From a virus (Duplodnaviria > Caudoviricetes), in the IMG/VR virus record IMGVR_UViG_3300025635_000114, positions 1-30,756 of that record: a stretch of DNA of 30,756 bases; one strand, given 5' to 3'. The notes under the pieces are model-generated. The model was not told the origin of the DNA and searched no databases. It saw only the letters and a program-made list of their open reading frames with translations. Shown here in pieces: positions 15,725 through 23,568 of the stretch; position 1 is the stretch's first letter, and each line of letters starts with the position of its first letter. The position numbers were made by a program, and so were the translations under genes.

Positions 15725-16036
15725 ATGACCAATTCAGTAGCCATCGGCGTCGCCTATCAAGATCAAGCAATCGTGGGCGGCAGCATCGACAACACCCCCA
15801 TCGGCGCGACGACCGCCTCGACGGGCGCATTCACCAGCATCACCTCCAGCGCGACCTCGGGCGCGGTGATCGCCAACGCCACGGCGGGTCTGTATTTTCT
15901 GACCACCGCGATCACGGCGAACACCACCACCACGACCGCTCCGAAGGGCAGTCTTGCCACGACCACGAACGCGACTGGCACCGGCAAACTGTTTATCAGC
16001 GACGGCACGAAGTGGCAGTACCCTGTTGTTGCGTGA
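15725..16036 (+). CDS. Thr/Ala-rich small putative virion protein
   Basis: AAGGAG RBS; IVGGSIDNTPIGATT fibre-type repeat; APKGSL...GKLFISDGTKW. Confidence 0.7.
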   Translation: MTNSVAIGVAYQDQAIVGGSIDNTPIGATTASTGAFTSITSSATSGAVIANATAGLYFLTTAITANTTTTTAPKGSLATTTNATGTGKLFISDGTKWQYPVVA

Positions 16037-16167
16037 TTGAGCTGCTAGAGCAGGAGATCAAGGCACTTGAGGCGTCAGAAACGGCGTCTCAAGTGACCCT
16101 CCAAATCCTACGGTCATTACTCGACAAGGCCCGACAACTTAAACCGAGCGTATTCGATGAACCGTGA
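16033..16167 (+). CDS. Small coiled-coil hypothetical protein (44 aa)
   Basis: GTGA-coupled start. Confidence 0.5.
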   Translation: MIELLEQEIKALEASETASQVTLQILRSLLDKARQLKPSVFDEP

Positions 16168-16327
16168 ACAGATCGCAGAACGCATGAAGGCACTCCAAGA
16201 CGCCCAGAAGCGTCTAGAGGCCGAGATTTACCAAGTCAACGGCGCGATGGCCGACTGCAACTGGTGGCTCGCCAAGCTGTTAGACGAAGAATCCAAGGCC
16301 AAGGCAGAGGAGCCGAACAATGGCTAA
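16157..16327 (+). CDS. Small coiled-coil hypothetical protein (56 aa, MNREQIAERMKAL...)
   Basis: Read from the sequence (not in the track); heptad pattern with NGAMADCNWWL. Confidence 0.65.
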   Translation: MNREQIAERMKALQDAQKRLEAEIYQVNGAMADCNWWLAKLLDEESKAKAEEPNNG

Positions 16328-16469
16328 AGCAGGGCTGTACGCCAACATCCACGCGAAGCAGGAACGCATCGCGCACGGCAGCAAGGAAAAAATGCGTAAA
16401 CCCGGCACGAAGGGCGCACCGACCGCCGCCGCATTCAAGGCCGCAGCCAAGACCGCCAAGAGGAAATAA
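16320..16469 (+). CDS. Tiny basic protein (49 aa, GLYANIHAK...KPGTKGAPT)
   Basis: Read from the sequence; GAGGAG RBS; 13 K/R versus 2 E. Confidence 0.75.
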   Translation: MAKAGLYANIHAKQERIAHGSKEKMRKPGTKGAPTAAAFKAAAKTAKRK

Positions 16470-16472
16470 CCC

Positions 16473-16613
16473 ATGCCGCTCGTCAAAAGCACGACCCGCA
16501 AAGCATTCGGTCAGAACGTGAAAACGGAGATCCGTCATGGCAAAGGCCAAAAACAGGCGGTCGCCATCGCCTACAACGTCGCACGCGAAGCCAAAAAGAA
16601 AAAGCGCAAGTAA
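16473..16613 (+). CDS. Tiny basic protein (46 aa, MPLVKS...KQAVAIAY)
   Basis: Read from the sequence; GAGGA RBS; 14 K/R versus 2 E. Confidence 0.75.
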   Translation: MPLVKSTTRKAFGQNVKTEIRHGKGQKQAVAIAYNVAREAKKKKRK

Positions 16614-16658
16614 AATCAAACCGTTAAAAATCGAAACGATTGATTTAGGAGCGAAACA

Positions 16659-16934
16659 ATGCCAGTCGGCGGACAACCCGGAAACCAGAACGCAGCCAAG
16701 GGGCGTCTATGGAACGATGCTCTCCGCATGGCAATCGCTCAAGACGACCGTGTTAGGGTTCGTAAGGCGGTAGAAAAACTGCTCGACCTTGCGGCTGAAG
16801 GCGAGCCTTGGGCGATCAAGGAACTGGCAGATCGACTCGACGGCAAGCCGGTTCAGCAGACGGTGCTGGAAAACAGCGACGGAACCCCGTTGCTTGCAGG
16901 CATCCAAGTGACGTTCGTCAAGCCAAGTGAGTGA
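16659..16934 (+). CDS. terS: Terminase small subunit
   Basis: GGQPGNQNA start, WAIKELADRLDGKPVQ; directly upstream of TerL; AGGAG RBS. Confidence 0.8.
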   Translation: MPVGGQPGNQNAAKGRLWNDALRMAIAQDDRVRVRKAVEKLLDLAAEGEPWAIKELADRLDGKPVQQTVLENSDGTPLLAGIQVTFVKPSE

Positions 16935-18201
16935 AGTCGAGCAGGCTATTGCACGGGCAGAGTTTCCAGAAAAGTTAGCCTGCCTATTCCAGCCCGCCCG
17001 CTATAAAGTCTTGTATGGCGGTCGCGGAGGAGCCAAGTCGTGGGGCATTGCCCGCGCCCTGTTGATCCTTGCCGCACAGCGCCCGATCCGCGTCCTGTGC
17101 GCCCGAGAGTTCCAGACCAGCATCCGCGACTCGGTGCATAAACTGCTATCCGACCAGATTCAGTCGCTTGGCCTGCTGGGGTTCTACGAAATCACGCAGG
17201 CGAGCATCCGAGGCAGGAACGGCAGCGAGTTCGCGTTCGTGGGCCTTCGCAACAACGTCGCCAACATCAAAAGCTACGAAGGCGTGGACATCTGCTGGGT
17301 CGAGGAAGCCCAGACGGTGAGCCGGATGTCGTGGAACGTCCTTATTCCGACCATCCGCAAACAGGCCAGCGAGATCTGGATCAGCTTTAACCCCGAGCTG
17401 GAGTCTGACGAAACCTACCAGCGGTTCGTGGTCAACCCGCCGCCCGAGGCTGTCGTCCAGAAGATCAACTGGTCGGATAACCCGTGGTTTCCCGAAACGC
17501 TTCGGCTGGAGAAGGACGCCCTCAAGGAGCGCGATCTACAGGCTTACAATCAAGTCTGGGAAGGCATCTGCCGACAGTCGGTGGACGGCGCGGTGTTTGC
17601 CCATGAAATGCAGCAAGCCGAGATGGAGGGCCGCATCACGCGGGTGCCGTATCAAGCCGTTAAGCCCGTCCATGCGGTGTTCGACCTTGGCTGGGCGGAC
17701 AACACGGCGATCTGGTTTCTCCAGTTCGTGGGCATGGAGACGCGGCTGATCCGCTACATGGAAAACAGCCAGAAGCCGATTAGCTGGTACCTCGCGCAGA
17801 TGCAGAGCTTCGGCTACGTCTACGACACGATCTGGCTTCCGCACGACGCCGAGAACAAGACGCTTGCGGCTGCCGGGCGAAGCATCGAGGAAATCGTGCG
17901 TGCCTCGGGTCTCAAGACCCAAGTCCTGCCGCGCATCCCGGTGACCGACAGCATCAACGCTGCCCGCACCATGTTCCCGTCGTGTTGGTTCGACCGCGAG
18001 AACACCGACCTCGGCCTGCAATGCCTCAAGCATTACCGCTACGACGTAGACCCAGAATCGGGTCAATTCAGCCGGATGCCGCAGCACGATAGGTATAGCC
18101 ACGGCGCAGATGCTTTCCGTTATATTGCAATGGTCGTCAAAGAACCGGTAAAACGAAGGCCGCAGGCGCGTATTGACGGCGCGGCTAACTGGATGGGCTA
18201 A
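16927..18201 (+). CDS. terL: Terminase large subunit (PBSX / Terminase_3 type)
   Basis: Walker A YGGRGGAKS, Walker B CWVEEA, SFNP, nuclease DLG and HGADAFRY. Confidence 0.95.
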   Translation: MSEVEQAIARAEFPEKLACLFQPARYKVLYGGRGGAKSWGIARALLILAAQRPIRVLCAREFQTSIRDSVHKLLSDQIQSLGLLGFYEITQASIRGRNGSEFAFVGLRNNVANIKSYEGVDICWVEEAQTVSRMSWNVLIPTIRKQASEIWISFNPELESDETYQRFVVNPPPEAVVQKINWSDNPWFPETLRLEKDALKERDLQAYNQVWEGICRQSVDGAVFAHEMQQAEMEGRITRVPYQAVKPVHAVFDLGWADNTAIWFLQFVGMETRLIRYMENSQKPISWYLAQMQSFGYVYDTIWLPHDAENKTLAAAGRSIEEIVRASGLKTQVLPRIPVTDSINAARTMFPSCWFDRENTDLGLQCLKHYRYDVDPESGQFSRMPQHDRYSHGADAFRYIAMVVKEPVKRRPQARIDGAANWMG

Positions 18202-18203
18202 CG

Positions 18204-20315
18204 ATGGCATATCAAGACCAGAGCGAAGATCCACGCATTTCAGAGGCCATCAAGTTTCTGCGCCTTGTCGCCGACGCCGACACGCAAAACCGCTCCGCCG
18301 CCCTTGAGGACGTAAAGTTCGCCGCTGGCGAGCAATGGCCGGTCGAGATTCAGAACAGCCGCAACCTTGAGGCTCGGCCTTGCCTCACGATCAACAAGAT
18401 CGACGCCTATGTGCGGCAAGTCACGAACCAGCAGCGCGAGCAGCGCCCGCGCATCAAGGTTCACCCGGTCAACAACGAAGGCGACCTCAAGATCGCGCAG
18501 GTGATCGAAGGCATCACCCGCCACATCGAGATCAACTCCAGCGCCGACACCGCCTACGACACCGCGTTCGACTCGGCTGTGCGTATGGGCTGGGGTTACT
18601 GGCGCGTCATCACGGATTACGTCCGTGAGGATAGTTTCGAGCAAGAGATTTATATCAAGCCCATCGACAACGCCTTCACGGTTTATTTCGACCCGAACAG
18701 CGTCGCGCCGGATGGATCGGACGCCGAGCGGTGCCTCATCACCGAGGTCGTCGCCAAGGAAAAATTCCGCGAGATGTACCCCGACGCCGACGAAGGCGTG
18801 CAGTTCACGCCGCGCAGCACGGGCGACAGCACCGCCGAGTGGGTGACCAAAGAGGACATCCGCATCGCCGAGTATTTCTACATCGAGCGCGAGCGCGAGA
18901 CGCTGGTCATGCTGTCGGACGGCACGAAGGCATACAAGTCCGAGCTGCCGTCGCAGGAACTGCTCGACGCCGCGGGCGTGTCCGTCGTCAGCGAGCGCAA
19001 GACTTGGCGCAAAAAGGTCAAGTGGTGCAAGTTGACCGCAATGCAGATTCTTGAGGAGAAGGAATGGCCGGGCCGATATATCCCGGTTGTTCCCTGCTAC
19101 GGCGCACAGACCATCGTGGATGGCAAGCGTCGCAAGTATGGTTTGGTGCGGTTCGCCAAAGACCCGCAGCGTATGTATAACTTCTGGCGCACGGCCATGA
19201 CGGAATCCGTCGCGCTCGCGCCGAAGGCCAAGTGGGTCATTGCAGAAGGGCAGGACGAAGGGCATGAGAACGAATGGGCGATGGCTAACATCAAGTCGAT
19301 GCCTGTACTGCGGTACAAGCAAACCGACATTGAAGGACGACCCGCGCCGCCGCCGCAACGCTTGCAGCCCGAACCGCCCCCCGCTGGCATTATGGCCGCG
19401 ACCGAAACGATCAGCCGTGACTTGCAGACAGTCCTCGGTATTTTTGACCCGGCGCAGGAACTGGCTGGAAACGTGTCCGGCAAGGCACTAAACGGCCAGC
19501 AGCAACAGGTTGACCTGTCGAACTTCCATTTTTACGACAACTTGACGCGCAGCATCAAACAGACGGGCAAGATCATCCTTGACCTTATCCCGAAGATTTA
19601 CGACACGCAGCGCGTCCTTCGCATCATCGGCGTAGACGGCAAGCCCGACTTGACCACCGTCAACGAAGTGACGGCCACGGGCGAGGTGCTGAACAACATC
19701 ACCGTGGGCGAATACGATGTCGTCATGGATGTCGGCCCCGGCTATAACAGCAAGCGCCAGCAGGCTGTCGAGGCCATGATGCCGCTGATGGCGCAGAACG
19801 AAATTTTCCAAGTGGCGGGCGACCTTATGTTCCGCAACATGGATTTCCCCGGCGCAGATGTCATCGCCGACCGCCTCGCCGCGTTGAACCCGCTTGCCAA
19901 GATCGACGAAAAATCGCCGATCCCGCCGCAAGTGCAGATGAAGATGCAGCAGCAGGAGCAGATGCTTCAGCAGATGCAACAGCAACTGCAAGTCGCGCAG
20001 ATGCAGCTCAAGTACCGCAGCGATGTCGAGGAAATGCGGCAGGAAGGCGAAACCAAGCGCAAGCTCATGGATGTCACCTCACGCGCCCACAACACCGAGA
20101 CGATGGCCGAGGTGCGCGTCAACGACCAGAACACGCGCAGCATCACCAGCCAGAACAAGACCGAAATCGAAGCGTTGGTCAAGCTGGCGCTCGCGCAAGT
20201 GGACGATCGTGCGCTACAGGCCGAGATCAATCGCCGCAACGCGGAGCAGTACGCCTACGCGCAGGAAGCCGCCCGCGACATCCACATGGGCAGCAGTCCG
20301 TTCGTCCAACAGTAA
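18204..20315 (+). CDS. Portal protein, P22 gp1-like with Gln-rich barrel
   Basis: GEQWP, RPCLTIN, GLVRFAKDPQRMYN, long C-terminal coiled coil; 703 aa. Confidence 0.92.
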   Translation: MAYQDQSEDPRISEAIKFLRLVADADTQNRSAALEDVKFAAGEQWPVEIQNSRNLEARPCLTINKIDAYVRQVTNQQREQRPRIKVHPVNNEGDLKIAQVIEGITRHIEINSSADTAYDTAFDSAVRMGWGYWRVITDYVREDSFEQEIYIKPIDNAFTVYFDPNSVAPDGSDAERCLITEVVAKEKFREMYPDADEGVQFTPRSTGDSTAEWVTKEDIRIAEYFYIERERETLVMLSDGTKAYKSELPSQELLDAAGVSVVSERKTWRKKVKWCKLTAMQILEEKEWPGRYIPVVPCYGAQTIVDGKRRKYGLVRFAKDPQRMYNFWRTAMTESVALAPKAKWVIAEGQDEGHENEWAMANIKSMPVLRYKQTDIEGRPAPPPQRLQPEPPPAGIMAATETISRDLQTVLGIFDPAQELAGNVSGKALNGQQQQVDLSNFHFYDNLTRSIKQTGKIILDLIPKIYDTQRVLRIIGVDGKPDLTTVNEVTATGEVLNNITVGEYDVVMDVGPGYNSKRQQAVEAMMPLMAQNEIFQVAGDLMFRNMDFPGADVIADRLAALNPLAKIDEKSPIPPQVQMKMQQQEQMLQQMQQQLQVAQMQLKYRSDVEEMRQEGETKRKLMDVTSRAHNTETMAEVRVNDQNTRSITSQNKTEIEALVKLALAQVDDRALQAEINRRNAEQYAYAQEAARDIHMGSSPFVQQ

Positions 20316-20318
20316 GTT

Positions 20319-20426
20319 ATGCCGCTGCCGACCCGCGAAGAACTGGAGTCACGCTACGGTCAGATGGTGGCCGAGCAGCAGGCGCGGGTGCGCTGGCGTC
20401 TCAAGGCGATGACGGAACGTAATTGA
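20319..20426 (+). CDS. Possible 35-aa ORF, in frame with the portal
   Basis: MPLPTREELESRYGQ...; no RBS. Confidence 0.35.
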   Translation: MPLPTREELESRYGQMVAEQQARVRWRLKAMTERN

Positions 20427-20450
20427 CACGACCGCAGGACGGACTACACT
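20423..20450 (+). promoter_or_regulatory. Promoter for the scaffold/coat genes
   Basis: TTGACA (20423-20428), 16 bp, TACACT (20445-20450). Confidence 0.7.
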
Positions 20451-20500
20451 AGTTTCACCCTACCGTTGGGGATCAGCGGGTAAATTCTTGGGGATAACCC

Positions 20501-21418
20501 ATGTCTGACGAACCAAAGGTCGCCCAAAACGTGGTGACCGCAGAAAATCTAGCCGAGTTCAACGCACAGAAGTTAGGTTTAGCGGAGCCGACGGCCCAGA
20601 CCGAGGCGGCAGCAGAGGCGGAAGCCCCTGCCGAGCCGGTAGCCGACGAAAGCCCGAGTGAGCCGCCTGTAGCCGAAGGCGAGGCGACGGCAAAAGAGGA
20701 GCGCAAACAGAACCCGAAGATCGAACGGCGGTTCTCCGAGATCACCAAGCAACGCGAAGCTGCACGGGCGGAAGCCCAGAAAGAACGCGAGGCGCGGGAG
20801 GCTCTGGAGGCACGGCTACGGGAACTTGAGGCCAAGACAAATCCCCCTGCACCGCAGGAGTCGAAGGCCGATAAACCCAAGCCAGAAAACTTTACCGACG
20901 CCTTTGAATATGCAGAGGCGCTGGCGAGTTGGACTGCCGAGCAGACGCTGGCAAAGCGGGATCGGGAGGAGCAGGAACGCAAGGCGAACGAACAGAGGCA
21001 ACTTGCTGTCAAGGCATGGGCCGACCGCGTAAACGCCGCGAAAACCGAGCTTCCCGACTTCGACGACATGGTGCAGTCGAGCGACGTAGTGGTTACAGAC
21101 CCGATACGCGACGCCATCATGGAAAGTGATGTAGGCCCGAAAATCCTGTATCACCTCGCCGAAAACCCCGAATTTGCACAGAAATTGAACGGAATGTCCG
21201 TCATTTCGGCGCTGCGCGAGATTGGGAAACTGGAGGCACGGTACGAAACCAAGCCTCAAAGCAAGCCTTCTGCCGCTGTTAAGAGTAATGCGCCGGAGCC
21301 GATTACGCCGATCAAGGCGGCATCCACCGGGCGTGATGTCGAGGTTGATTCCAATGGGGAATTCCGAGGCACCTACGCACAATGGAAAGCCGCACGACAG
21401 GCTGGCCGGATTCGGTAA
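20501..21418 (+). CDS. Scaffolding protein
   Basis: Acidic Glu/Ala/Pro N-terminus, coiled coil, GPKILYHLAENP, EIGKLE, basic C-terminus; between portal and coat. Confidence 0.88.
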   Translation: MSDEPKVAQNVVTAENLAEFNAQKLGLAEPTAQTEAAAEAEAPAEPVADESPSEPPVAEGEATAKEERKQNPKIERRFSEITKQREAARAEAQKEREAREALEARLRELEAKTNPPAPQESKADKPKPENFTDAFEYAEALASWTAEQTLAKRDREEQERKANEQRQLAVKAWADRVNAAKTELPDFDDMVQSSDVVVTDPIRDAIMESDVGPKILYHLAENPEFAQKLNGMSVISALREIGKLEARYETKPQSKPSAAVKSNAPEPITPIKAASTGRDVEVDSNGEFRGTYAQWKAARQAGRIR

Positions 21419-21445
21419 TTTTTAACCTTTTTGGAGTAATTTAAC

Positions 21446-22690
21446 GTGGCAAATACATTGCTTACTATCTCCAAGATCACCAACGAAGCGTTGATGGTTT
21501 TGGAGAACGAACTCACCTTCACGGGTGAAGTGGATCGCAACTACGACGACCAATTCGCCGTCGTGGGCGCGAAGATCGGCAACACCCTCAACGTGCGTCG
21601 CCCGGGCCGTTTCATCGGCACGACCGGCCCTGCGCTGAACGTCGAAGATTTCAACGAAACCTCGGTTCCGGTGACGCTTTCGACGCAGTTCCATGTGGAC
21701 ACCCAGTTCACGACGCAGGATCTGGCCCTGTCGCTGGATATGTTCTCGGATCGCGTTCTGAAGCCCGCCGTGGCTGCTATCGCCAACAAGATCGACTTCG
21801 ACGGTCTGACCATGGCGAAGAACAACACCGCGAACATCGTGGGCACGGCTGGCACCCCGCCGACCGGCCTCATCACCTACCTCACCGCTGGCGCGTATCT
21901 CGACGCCGAAGGTGCGCCGCGTGATGGCCGTCGTTCGTGCGTGATCGAGCCGTTCACCTCGGCGACCATCGTGGACAGCCTCAAGGGTCTGTTCGTGCCG
22001 CCGGAAACGATTGGCAAGCAGTACCGCAAGGGCATGATGGGCCGTGACTCGGCTGGCATGAACTGGTACATGGATCAGAACGTCGTGAACCAGACCTTCG
22101 GTTCGTACTCGGGCAAGACGCTCACCACCAACACCAGCACCTTCACGGGTTCGCTGGCGACGGGCTGGGCTTCGTCCTCGACGATCACGATGGTCGCGTC
22201 CTCGGCGCTCACGCTGAACCAAGGCGATGTCATCCAGATCGCTGGCGTCTATGCGGTCAACCCGCAGAACCGCAGCGCGTATGGCTCGGGCAAGCTCCGC
22301 AACTTTGTCGTGACCTCGACCACGAACGTGGCGACGGGTGGCGGCACGGCTGTGACGGTTTCCCCGGCGATCATCACCGGCGGTCAGTTCCAGAACGTGA
22401 CGGTCACCAGCACCAGCAGCACCGCCGCTGTGACGCCGTTCAACAACGCGGGCACGGTTTCCCCGCAGAACATCATCATGCACCGCAATGCGTTCACGCT
22501 TGCGACCGCTGATCTTGAGCTGCCGGATGGCGTGCATTTCGCCGGTCGTGCGTCCGACAAGGAACTCGGCCTGTCGATCCGCGTCGTTCGCCAGTACACC
22601 ATTAACAACGACTCGATCCCGACTCGTCTCGATGTGCTGTACGGCTGGGCACCGCTGTACCCCGAACTTGCTTGCCGCGTTGCGGCCTAA
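21446..22690 (+). CDS. Major capsid protein, P22 coat (gp5) family
   Basis: MANTLLT, KIGNTLNVRRP, TRLDVLYGW...PELA; GGAG RBS with GTG start; strong codon bias. Confidence 0.95.
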   Translation: MANTLLTISKITNEALMVLENELTFTGEVDRNYDDQFAVVGAKIGNTLNVRRPGRFIGTTGPALNVEDFNETSVPVTLSTQFHVDTQFTTQDLALSLDMFSDRVLKPAVAAIANKIDFDGLTMAKNNTANIVGTAGTPPTGLITYLTAGAYLDAEGAPRDGRRSCVIEPFTSATIVDSLKGLFVPPETIGKQYRKGMMGRDSAGMNWYMDQNVVNQTFGSYSGKTLTTNTSTFTGSLATGWASSSTITMVASSALTLNQGDVIQIAGVYAVNPQNRSAYGSGKLRNFVVTSTTNVATGGGTAVTVSPAIITGGQFQNVTVTSTSSTAAVTPFNNAGTVSPQNIIMHRNAFTLATADLELPDGVHFAGRASDKELGLSIRVVRQYTINNDSIPTRLDVLYGWAPLYPELACRVAA

Positions 22691-22708
22691 CCGAAGGAGT
22701 AAACCATC

Positions 22709-23131
22709 ATGGCAAATCCCGGCCCGGCTTCAACCGTCAGCAATCACCCGCAGAATCTGGCGACCAACCAAGCCCTGCGCTTGATCGCGTCGTTCCAGTC
22801 TGTGAACCTCAACTCTGTCGCCGATAACGTGATGAACGTGATCGACTCGGGCCGCTACAGCGTCCAGAGCGTGATCGTGACCAACGCATCGGTTGATCTG
22901 ACCACCGCACAGCTCGCCGTCTACACCGGCGCGGGCGCGACCGGCACGGCAGTCCTCTCGGCTTCGGCCTTGACGGATTGTTCGTCGGCGAGTGTGGTCA
23001 AGATCTTCTCGGCGTCCTCGACCGCCGCGCAGACGACGACCCCGTTGTATCTGCGTTGCACCACCGCGCAGGGCGCAGCAGCCACGGCTGATGTGTTCGT
23101 GTACGGTTATGATCTTACGTTCCTGCCGTAA
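22709..23131 (+). CDS. Putative capsid decoration protein
   Basis: AAGGAG RBS, cotranscribed with coat before the terminator; beta-rich, ADVFVYG terminus. Confidence 0.6.
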   Translation: MANPGPASTVSNHPQNLATNQALRLIASFQSVNLNSVADNVMNVIDSGRYSVQSVIVTNASVDLTTAQLAVYTGAGATGTAVLSASALTDCSSASVVKIFSASSTAAQTTTPLYLRCTTAQGAAATADVFVYGYDLTFLP

Positions 23132-23150
23132 GGTCGAATTGTCCTAGGAA

Positions 23151-23191
23151 AGGGGAAGCCACCTCGGTAAAACGGGGTGGCTTTTCTCTTT
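23151..23191 (+). terminator. Intrinsic terminator after the capsid genes
   Basis: AAGCCACCTCG-gtaaaa-CGGGGTGGCTT followed by TTCTCTTT. Confidence 0.85.
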
Positions 23192-23227
23192 GGATGCAGT
23201 ATATTTTGCAAAACACGCGAGGCCATC

Positions 23228-23566
23228 ATGGTCAACACTTCCGTCTATCGAACCAGCGGTAAAACCGTCACGATGTCGCTGACGACCGCTGCTTCCTCGG
23301 CCACGCTTGTCGCGGCCAACACCAACGACCAGACGAACTACGTCATGCTGCTGAACACCGGCACGGGCGTGGCTGCGGTCGAGTTTAGTAACACCAGCAC
23401 CGTCGCCGACCCCGCCATTGCGTCGTCGGGTAACGCCGGATCGTTCGTGTTGCCGGGCGGCATGAACTACCCGCTCGTCATCGCTGCCCCGTCAGCGCCG
23501 TTCTACATCAAGGCGATTTCTAGCGGCACGAATGTGCTGTATGTGACCCCTGTACAGGCAGACTAA
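23228..23566 (+). CDS. Putative virion structural protein (112 aa)
   Basis: ATG at 23228 after GAGG; beta-rich, ends LYVTPV. Confidence 0.65.
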   Translation: MVNTSVYRTSGKTVTMSLTTAASSATLVAANTNDQTNYVMLLNTGTGVAAVEFSNTSTVADPAIASSGNAGSFVLPGGMNYPLVIAAPSAPFYIKAISSGTNVLYVTPVQAD

Positions 23567-23568
23567 CC

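Noticed and set aside
18240-19358. 372-aa minus-strand ORF
   Set aside because: Antisense shadow of the G/C-ending portal codons; no RBS or motif
21422-22537. 371-aa minus-strand ORF
   Set aside because: Antisense shadow of the coat gene
23177-23227. Upstream GTG start of the 23177-23566 ORF
   Set aside because: Lies inside the terminator hairpin; the ATG at 23228 has an RBS
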